From: the human T2T-CHM13v2.0 reference genome, Homo sapiens
Assembly: GCF_009914755.1 (NCBI RefSeq)
Contig: NC_060947.1
Strand: one strand, 5' to 3'
Length of the DNA: 64,000 bases
The notes under the pieces are model-generated. The model saw nothing but the letters and a program-made list of their open reading frames with translations. It searched no databases and was not told the DNA's origin. Shown here one piece after another: positions 51,301-61,400 of this stretch. A program made the position numbers and the translations under genes. Position 1 is the first letter of the stretch, and each line of letters opens with the position of its first letter.

Positions 51301-52900
51301 TCCCAAAGTAGTTTCCGAGAATGCTTCTGTTTAGTTCTTATGTGAAGATGATCCCGTTTCCAGTGAAATCTTCAAAGAGGTCCACATATCCCCTTGCAGA
51401 TTCCAAAGAAAGAGGGTTTCAAAACTGCTCCATCAAAAGGATTGTTCAACTCTGTGAGTTGAATGCAGTCATCGCAGAAAACTTTCTGAGAATGCTTCTG
51501 TCTAGGTTTGATGTGAAGATATAGACGTTTCAAACGAAGGCTACAAAGTGGTCAAAATATACACTTGCAGAATGTACTACAAGGGTGTTGCAAACCTGAA
51601 CTATCAAAGGAAGGTTCAACTCTGTGGGTTGAATACAAACATCGCAGAGAATGTTCTGAGTTTGCTTCCGTTCAGTTATGGGAAGTTGATCCCGTTTCCA
51701 ACGAAATCCTCAGAGAGGACCAAATATCCCCTTGCAGATTCTACAAAACGTGTGTTTGGAAACTGCTCCATCATAACGAATGTTCAGCTCCCTGAGTTAA
51801 ACTCCATCGTCACAAAGTGTTTTCTGAGAGTGCTACCGTCCAGTTTTTATATGAAGTTCTTTCCTTTACTACCACAAGCCTCAAAGCGGTCCAAATCTCC
51901 ACTTGCAGATTCTACAAAAAGAGTGTTTGCAAACCGCTCTATCAAAAGGAATGTTCAACTCTGGGAGTTGAATGCAATCATCACAGAGCAGTTTCTGAGA
52001 ATGCTTCTATGTCGTTTTTAGGAGAAGATATTTCCTTTTCCAACACAGTCCTCCAAACCCGCTAAATATCCACTTGCACATTGTAGAGAAATGTGTCGAA
52101 GCTGCGCTATCAAAGGGAAAGTTCAACTCTGTGAGGTGAATGCAAACATCCCAAAGAAATTTCTGAGAATGCTTCCGTTCAGCTTTTAGGTGAAGATTAT
52201 CCCGTTTCCAACGAAATCTTCAAAGAGGTCCAAATATCCCCTTGCAGATCCCACAGAAAGAGTGTTTCGAAACTGCTGTTTCAAAAGGAATCTTCAACTC
52301 TGTGAGTTGAATGCAATCATCACAAAGAAGTTTCTGACAATGCTTCTCCCTCGTCTTTCTGTGAAGATAAAGGAAAAGGCTTTCAGGCCTTTTCCACCAC
52401 AGGCCTGAAAGTGCTCCAAATGTCCACTTGCAGATTCTGCCAAAAGAATATTTCAAAACTGCTCTATGAAAAGCAATGTTAAACTCTGCGGCTCGAACAC
52501 AAACATCACAAAGCAGTTTCTGAGAATGCTTCAGTTTAGTTTTTCTGTGGAAATATTCCCGTTTCCAAAGAAATCTTCAAAGAGGTCCACGTATCCACTT
52601 ACAGAATCTACAAAAAGACAGTTTCAAAACTGCTCAATCAAAAGGAGGGTTCAACTGTGTGACTTGAATGCAATCATCACTCAGAAGTTTCTGAGAATGC
52701 TTATCTTTAGTTTTTACGTGAACATATACCCGTTTCGAACGAAGGCCACCCAGTGGTCCAAATATCCACTTGCAGATTCTACAGAAAGAGTGTTTCGAAC
52801 CTGAACTCTCAAAGGCAGGTTCATCTCTGCGAGTTAAATGCATTCATCATGAAGAACTTTCTCAGAGTGTTTGTGTTTAGTTATGGGAAATTATTCCCGT
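45380..52900. repeat. Older two-HOR (~4,112-bp) duplication with an A-B-A-B pattern (HOR23/25 and HOR24/26)
   Basis: Alternate HORs share private SNVs, for example GAATGTAC, AGGACC and GCAGATCC in HOR24/26, and ATCACCACGA, CTAGAGAAAG and AATGTATTCGTC in HOR23/25. Confidence 0.8.
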
Positions 52901-53603
52901 TTCCAACGAAATCTTCCGAGAGCTCCAAATATCCACCTGCAGATTCTACCAAAAGTGTATTTGGAAACTGCTCCATCAAAAGGCACGTTCAGCTCTGTGA
53001 GTGAAACTCCATCATCACAAAGAATATTCTGAGAATGCTTCCGTTTGCCTTTTATATGACGTTCCTTCCTATACTACCGTAGGCCCCAAAGCAGTCCAAA
53101 TCTCCATTTGCAGATTCTACAAAAAGAGTGATTCCAATCTGCTCTATCAATGGGATTGTTCAACTCCATGAGTTGAATGCCATCCTCACAAAGTCGTTTC
53201 TGAGAATGCTTCTATCTAGTTTTTATGTGAAGATATTTCCTTTTCCACCACAGGCCTCAAAGCCCTCCAAACGTCCGCTTGCAGATTCTCGAAAAAGAGT
53301 GTTTCATAGCTGCTCTTTCAAAAGGAAAGTTCAACTCTGGGAGTTGAATACAAACATCACAAAGTAGTTTCCGAGAATGCTTCTGTTTAGTTCTTATGTG
53401 AAGATGATCCCGTTTCCAGTGAAATCTTCAAAGATGTCCACATATCCCCTTGCAGATTCCAAAGAAAGAGGGTTTCAAAACTGCTCCATCAAAAGGATTG
53501 TTCAACTCTGTGAGTTGAATGCAGTCATCGCAGAAAACTTTCTGAGAATGCTTCTGTCTAGGTTTGATGTGAAGATATAGACGTTTCAAACGAAGGCTGC
53601 AAA

Positions 53604-55492
53604 GTGGTCAAAATATACTCTTGCAGATTCTACTACAAGGGTGTTGCAAACCTGAACTCTCAAAGGAAGGTTCAACTCTGTGAGTTGAATACAAACATAC
53701 ATCACAAAGAATGTTCTGAGTTTGCTTCCGTTCAGTTATGGGAAGTTGATCCCGTTTCCAATGAAATCCTCAGAGAGGTCCAAATATCCCCTTGCAGATT
53801 CTACAAAACGTGTGTTTGGAAACTGCTCCATCATAACTAATGTTCAGCTCCCTGAGTTAAACTCCATCGTCACAAAGAGTTTTCTGAGAGTGCTACCGTC
53901 TAGTTTTTATATGAAGTTGTTTCCTTTACTACCACAGGCCTCAAAGCGGTCCAAATCTCCACTTGCACATTGTAGAAAAATGTGTCGAAGCTGCGCTATC
54001 AAAGGGAAAGTTCAACTCTGTGAGGTGAATGCAAACATCCCAAAGAAGTTTCTGAGAATGCTTCCGTTCAGCTTTTAGGTGAAGATTATCCCGTTTCCAA
54101 CGAAATCTTCAAAGAGGTCCAAATATCCCCTTGCGGATCCCACAGAAAGAGTGTTTCGAAACTGCTGTTTCAAAAGGAATCTTCAACTCTGTGAGTTGAA
54201 TGCAATCATCACAAAGAAGTTTCTGACAATGCTTCTCCCTCATCTTTCTGTGAAGATAAAGGAAAAGGCTTTCAGGCCTTTTCCACCACAGGCCTGAAAG
54301 CGCTCCATATGTCCACTTGCAGATTCTGCCAAAAGAATATTTCAAAACTGCTCTATGAAAAGCAATGTTAAACTCTGCGGCTCGAACACAAACATCACAA
54401 AGCAGTTTCTGAGAATGCTTCAGTTTAGTTTTTCTGTGGAAATATTCCCGTTTCCAAAGAAATCTTCAAAGAGGTCCACGTATCCACTTACAGATCCTAC
54501 AAAAAGACAGTTTCAAAACTGCTCAATCAAAAGGAGGGTTCAACTGTGCGACTTGAAAGCAATCATCACTCAGAACTCTCTGAGAATGCTTCTCTTTAGT
54601 TTTTACGTGAACATATACCCGTTTCGAACGAAGGCCACCCAGTGGTCCAAATATCCACCTGCAGATTCTACAGAAAGAGTGTTTCGAACCTGAACTCTCA
54701 AAGGCAGGTTCATCTCTGCGAGTTAAATGCATTCGTCATGAAGAACTTTCTCAGCGTGTTTGTGTTTAGTTATGGGAAATTACTCCTTTTCCCAACGAAA
54801 TCCTCAGAGAGGTCCAAATGTCCACCTGCAGATTCTACCAAAAGTGTATTTGGAAACTGCTCCAACAACAGGCATGTTCAGCTCTGTGAGTGAAACTCCA
54901 TCATCACAAAGAATATTCTGAGAATGCTTCCGTTTGCCTTTTATATGAAGTTCCTTCCCATACGACCGTAGGCCTCAAAGCAGTCCAAATCTCCATTTGC
55001 AGATTCTACAAAAAGAGTGATTCCAATCTGCTCTATCAATAGGATTGTTCAACTCCATGAGTTGAATGCCATCCTCACAAAGTCGTTTCTGAGAATGCTT
55101 CTATCTTGTTTTTATGTGAAGATATTTCCTTTTCCACCACAGGCCTCAAAGCCCTCCAAACGTCCACTTGCAGATTCTCGAAAAAGAGTGTTTCATAGCT
55201 GCTCTTTCAAAAGGAAAGTTCAACTCTGGGAGTTGAATACAAACATCACAAAGTAGTTTCCGAGAATGCTTCTGTTTAGTTCTTATGTGAAGATGATCCC
55301 GTTTCCAGTGAAATCTTCAAAGAGGTCCACATATCCCCTTGCAGATTCCAAAGAAAGAGGGTTTCAAAACTGCTCCATCAAAAGGATTGTTCAACTCTGT
55401 GAGTTGAATGCAGTCATCGCAGAAAACTTTCTGAGAATGCTTCTGTCTAGGTTTGATGTGAAGATATAGACGTTTCAAACGAAGGCTACAAA
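53604..55492 (-). repeat. Variant 11-mer HOR (1,889 bp) with an in-register 171-bp deletion
   Basis: Anchor spacing is 1,889 = 2,057 - 171 + 4 - 1. The junction at 53941-53975 reads ...GCGGTCCAAATC TCCACTTGCA CATTGTAG... Confidence 0.95.
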
Positions 55493-58400
55493 GTGGTCAA
55501 AATATACACTTGCAGATTCTACTACAAGGGTGTTGCAAACCTGAACTATCAAAGGAAGGTTCAACTCTGTGAGTTGAATACAAACATCACAAAGAATGTT
55601 CTGAGTTTGCTTCCGTTCAGTTATGGGAAGTTGATCCCGTTTCCAACGAAATCCTCAGAGAGGTCCAAATATCCCCTTGCAGATTCTACAAAACGTGTGT
55701 TTGGAAACTGCTCCATCATAACGAATGTTCAGCTCTCTGAGTTAAACTCCATCGTCACAAAGAATTTTCTGAGAGTGCTACCGTCTAGTTTTTATATGAA
55801 GTTCTTTCCTTTACTACCACAGGCCTCAAAGCGGTCCAAATCTCCACTTGCAGATTCTACAAAAAGAGTGTCTGCAAACTGCTCTATCAAAAGGAATGTT
55901 CAACTCTGGGAGTTGAATGCAATCATCACAGAGCAGTTTCTGAGAATGCTTCTATTTCGTTTTTAGGAGAAGATATTTCGTTTTCCAACACAGTCCTCCA
56001 AGCCCGCTAAATATCCACTTGCACATTGTAGAAAAAGTGTGTCGAAGCTGCGCTATCAAAGGGAAAGTTCAACTCTGTGAGGTGAATGCAAACATCCCAA
56101 AGAAGTTTCTGAGAATGCTTCCGTTTAGCTTTTAGGTGAAGATTATCCCGTTTCCAACGAAATCTTCAAAGAGGTCCAAATATCCCCTCGCGGATCCCAC
56201 AGAAAGAGTGTTTCGAAACTGCTGTTTCAAAAGGAATCTTCAACTCTGTGAGTTGAATGCAATCATCACAAAGAAGTTTCTGACAATGCTTCTGCCTCGT
56301 CTTTCTGTGAAGATAAAGGAAAAGGCTTTCAGGCCTTTTCCACCACAGGCCTGAAAGCGCTCCAAATGTCCAGTTGCAGATTCTGCCAAAAGAATATTTC
56401 AAAACTGCTCTATGAAAAGCAATGTTAAACTCTGCGGCTCGAACACAAACATCACAAAGCAGTTTCTGAGAATGCTTCAGTTTAGTTTTTCTGTGGAAAT
56501 ATTCCCGTTTCCAAAGAAATCTTCAAAGAGGTCCACGTATCCACTTACAGATTTTACAAAAAGACAGTTTCAAAACTGCTCAATCAAAAGGCGGGTTCAA
56601 CTGTGTGACTTGAATGCAATCATCACTCAGAAGTTTCTGAGAATGCTTCTCTTTAGTTTTTACGTGAACATACACCCGTTTCGAACGAAGGCCAGCCAGT
56701 GGTCCAAATATCCACTTGCAGATTCTACAGAAAGAGTGTTTCGAACCTGAACTCTCAAAGGCAGGTTCATCTCTGCGAGTTAAATGCATTCATCATGAAG
56801 AACTTTCTCAGAGTGTTTGTGTTTAGTTATGGGAAATTATTCCCGTTTCCAACGAACTCCTCAGAGAGGTCCAAATATCCACCTGCAGATTCTACCAAAA
56901 GTGTATTTGGAAACTGCTCCATCAAAAGGCATGTTCAGCTCTGTGAGTGAAACTCCATCATCACAAAGAATATTCTGAGAATGCTTCCGTTTGCCTTTTA
57001 TATGAAGTTCCTTCCTATACTACCATAGGCCTCAAAGCAGTCCAAATCTCCATTTGCAGATTCTACAAAAAGAGTGATTCCAATCTGCTCTATCAATAGG
57101 ATTGTTCAACTCCATGAGTTGAATGCCATCCTCACAAAGTCGTTTCTGAGAATGCTTCTATCTAGTTTTAATGTGAAGATATTTCCTTTTCCACCACAGG
57201 CCTCAAAGCCCTCCAAACGTCCGCTTGCAGATTCTCGAAAAAGTGTGTTTCATAGCTGCTCTTTCAAAAGGAAAGTTCAACTCTGGGAGTTGAATACAAA
57301 CATCACAAAGTAGTTTCCGAGAATGCTTCTGTTTAGTTCTTATGTGAAGATGATCCCGTTTCCAGTGAAATCTTCAAAGAGGTCCACATATCCCCTTGCA
57401 GATTCCAAAGAAAGAGGGTTTCAAAACTGCTCCATCAAAAGGATTGTTCAACTCCGTGAGTTGAATGCAGTCATCGCAGAAAACTTTCTGAGAATGCTTC
57501 TGTCTAGGTTTGATGTGAAGATATAGACGTTTCAAACGAAGGCTACAAAGTGGTCAAAATATACACTTGCAGATTCTACTACAAGGGTGTTGCAAACCTT
57601 AACTATCAAAGGAAGGTTCAACTCTGTGAGTTGAATACAAACATCGCAAAGAATGTTCTGAGTTTGCTTCCGTTCAGTTATGGGAAGTTGATCCCGTTTC
57701 CAACGAAATCCTCAGAGAGGTCCAAATATCCCCTTGCAGATTCTACAAAACGTGTGTTTGGAAACAGCTCCATCATAACGAATGTTCAGCTCTCTGAATT
57801 AAACTCCATCGTCACAAAGAATTTTCTGAGAGTGCTACCTTCTAGTTTTTATATGAAGTTCTTTCCTTTACTACCATAGGCCTCAAAGCGGTCCAAATCT
57901 CCACTTGCAGATTCTACAAAAAGAGTGTCTGCAAACTGCTCTATCAAAAGGAATGTTCAACTCTGGGAGTTGAATGCAATCATCACAGAGCAGTTTCTGA
58001 GAATGCTTCTATGTCGTTTTTAGGAGAAGATATTTCCTTTTCCAACACAGTCCTCCAAGCCCGCTAAATATCCACTTGCACATTGTAGAAAAAGTGTGTC
58101 GAAGCTGCGCTATCAAAGGGAAAGTTCAACTCTGTGAGGTGAATGCAAACATCCCAAAGAAGTTTCTGAGAATGCTTCCGTTTAGCTTTTAGGTGAAGAT
58201 TATCCCGTTTCCAACGAAATCTTCAAAGAGGTCCAAATATACCCTCGCGGATCCCACAGAAAGAGTGTTTCGAAACTGCTGTTTCAAAAGGAATCATCAA
58301 CTCTGTGAGTTGAATGCAATCATCACAAAGAAGTTTCTGACAATGCTTCTCCCTCGTCTTTCTGTGAAGATAAAGGAAAAGGCTTTCAGGCCTTTTCCAC

Positions 58401-61400
58401 CACAGGCCTGAAAGCGCTCCAAATGTCCACTTGCAGATTCTGCCAAAAGAATATTTCAAAACTGCTCTATGAAAAGCAATGTTAAACTCTGCGGCTCGAA
58501 CACCAACATCACAAAGCAGTTTCTGAGAATGCTTCAGTTTAGTTTTTCTGTGGAAATATTCCCGTTTCCAAAGAAATCTTCCAAGTGGTCCACTTATCCA
58601 CTTACAGATTCTACAAAAAGACAGTTTCAAAACTGCTCAATCAAAAGGCGGGTTCAACTGTGTGACTTGAATGCAATCATCACTCAGAAGTTTCTGAGAA
58701 TGCTTCTCTTTAGTTTTTACGTGAACATATACCCGTTTCGAACGAAGGCCACCCAGTGGTCCAAATATCCACTTGCAGATTCTACAGAAAGAGTGTTTCG
58801 AACCTGAACTCTCAAAGGCAGGTTCATCTCTGCGAGTTAAATGCATTCATCATGAAGAACTTTCTCAGAGTGTTTGTGTTTAGTTATGGGAAATTATTCC
58901 CGTTTCCAACGAACTCCTCAGAGAGCTCCAAATATGCACCTGCACATTCTACCAAAAGTGTATTTGGAAACTGCTCCATCAAAAGGCATGTTCAGCTCTG
59001 TGAGTGAAACTCCATCATCACAAAGAATATTCTGAGAATGCTTCCGTTTGCCTTTTATATGAAGTTCCTTCCTATACTACCGTAGGCCTCAAAGCAGTCC
59101 AAATCTCCATTTGCAGATTCTACAAAAAGAGTGATTCCAATCTGCTCTATCAATAGGATTGTTCAACTCCATGAATTGAATGCCATCCTCACAAAGTCGT
59201 TTCTGAGAATGCTTCTATCTAGTTTTTATGTGAAGATATTTCCTTTTCCACCAGAGGCCTCAAAGCCCTCCAAACGTCCGCTTGCAGATTCTCGAAAAAG
59301 AGTGTTTCATAGCTGCTCTTTCAAAAGGAAAGTTCAACTCTGGGAGTTGAATACAAACATCACAAAGTAGTTTCCGAGAATGCTTCTGCTAAGTTCTTAT
59401 GTGAAGATGATCCCGTTTCCAGTGAAATCTTCAAAGAGGTCCACATATCCCCTTGCAGATTCCAAAGAAAGAGGGTTTCAAAACTGCTCCATCAAAAGGA
59501 TTGTTCAACTCTGTGAGTTGAATGCAGTCATCGCAGAAAACTTTCTGAGAATGCTTCTGTCTAGGTTTGATGTGAAGATATAGACGTTTCAAACGAAGGC
59601 TACAAAGTGGTCAAAATATACACTTGCAGATTCTACTACAAGGGTGTTGCAAACCTGAACTATCAAAGGAAGGTTCAACTCTGTGAGTTGAATACAAACA
59701 TCACAAAGAATGTTCTGAGTTTGCTTCCGTTCAGTTATGGGAAGTTGATCCCGTTTGCAACGAAATCCTCAGAGAGGTCCAAATATCCCCTTGCAGATTC
59801 TGCAAAACGTGTGTTTGGAAACTGCTCCATCATAACGAATGTTCAGCTCTCTGAGTTAAACTCCATCGTCACAAAGAATTTTCTGAGAGTGCTACCGTCT
59901 AGATTTTATATGAAGTTCTTTCCTTTACTACCACAGGCCTCAAAGCGGTCCAAATCTCCACTTGCAGATTCTACAAAAAGAGTGTCTGCAAACTGCTCTA
60001 TGAAAAGGAATGTTCAACTCTGGGAGTTGAATGCAATCATCACAGAGCAGTTTCTGAGAATGCTTCTATGTCGTTTTTAGGAGAAGATATTTCCTTTTCC
60101 AACACAGTCCTCCAAGCCCGCTAAATATCCACTTGCACATTGTAGAAAAAGTGTGTCGAAGCTGCGCTATCAAAGGGAAAGTTCAACTCTGTGAGGTGAA
60201 TGCAAACATCCCAAAGAAGTTTCTGAGAATGCTTCCGTTTAGCTTTTAGGTGAAGATTATCCCGTTTCCAACGAAATCTTCAAAGAGGTCCAAATATCCC
60301 CTTGCGGATCCCACAGAAAGAGTGTTTCGAAACTGCTGTTTCAAAAGGAATCTTCAACTCTGTGAGTTGAATGCAATCATCACAAAGAAGTTTCTGACAA
60401 TGCTTCTCCCTCGTCTTTCTGTGAAGATAAAGGAAAAGGCTTTCAGGCCTTTTCCACCACAGGCCTGAAAGCGCTCCAAATGTCCACTTGCAGATTCTGC
60501 CAAAAGAATATTTCAAAACTGCTCTATGAAAAGCAATGTTAAACTCTGCGGCTCGAACACAAACATCACAAAGCAGTTTCTGAGAATGCTTCAGTTTAGT
60601 TTTTCTGTGGAAATATTCCCGTTTCCAAAGAAATCTTCAAAGAGGTCCACGTATCCACTTACAGATTTTACAAAAAGACAGTTTCAAAACTGCTCAATCA
60701 AAAGGAGGGTTCAACTGTGTGACTTGAATGCAATCATCACTCAGAAGTTTCTGAGAATGCTTCTCTTTAGTTTTTACGTGAACATATACCCGTTTCGAAC
60801 GAAGGCCAGCCAGTGGTCCAAATATCCACTTGCAGATTCTACAGAAAGAGTGTTTCGAACCTGAACTCTGAAAGGCAGGTTCATCTCTGCGAGTTAAATG
60901 CATTCATCATGAAGAACTTTCTCAGAGTGTTTGTGTTTAGTTATGGGAAATTATTCCCGTTTCCAACGATCTCCTCAGAGAGGTCCAAATATCCACCTGC
61001 AGATTCTACCAAAAGTGTATTTGGAAACTGCTCCATCAAAAGGCATGTTCAGCTCTGTGAGTGAAACTCCATCATCACAAAGAATATTCTGAGAATGCTT
61101 CCGTTTGCCTTTTATATGAAGTTCCTTCCTATACTACCATAGGCCACAAAGCAGTCCAAATCTCCATTTGCAGATTCTACAAAAAGACTGATTCCAATCT
61201 GCTCTATCAATAGGATTGTTCAACTCCATGAGTTGAATGCCATCCTCACAAAGTCGTTTCTGAGAATGCTTCTATCTAGTTTTAATGTGAAGATATTTCC
61301 TTTTCCACCACAGGCCTCAAAGCCCTCCAAACGTCCGCTTGCAGATTCTCAAAAAAGAGTGTTTCATAGCTGCTCTTTCAAAAGGAAAGTTGAACTCTGG

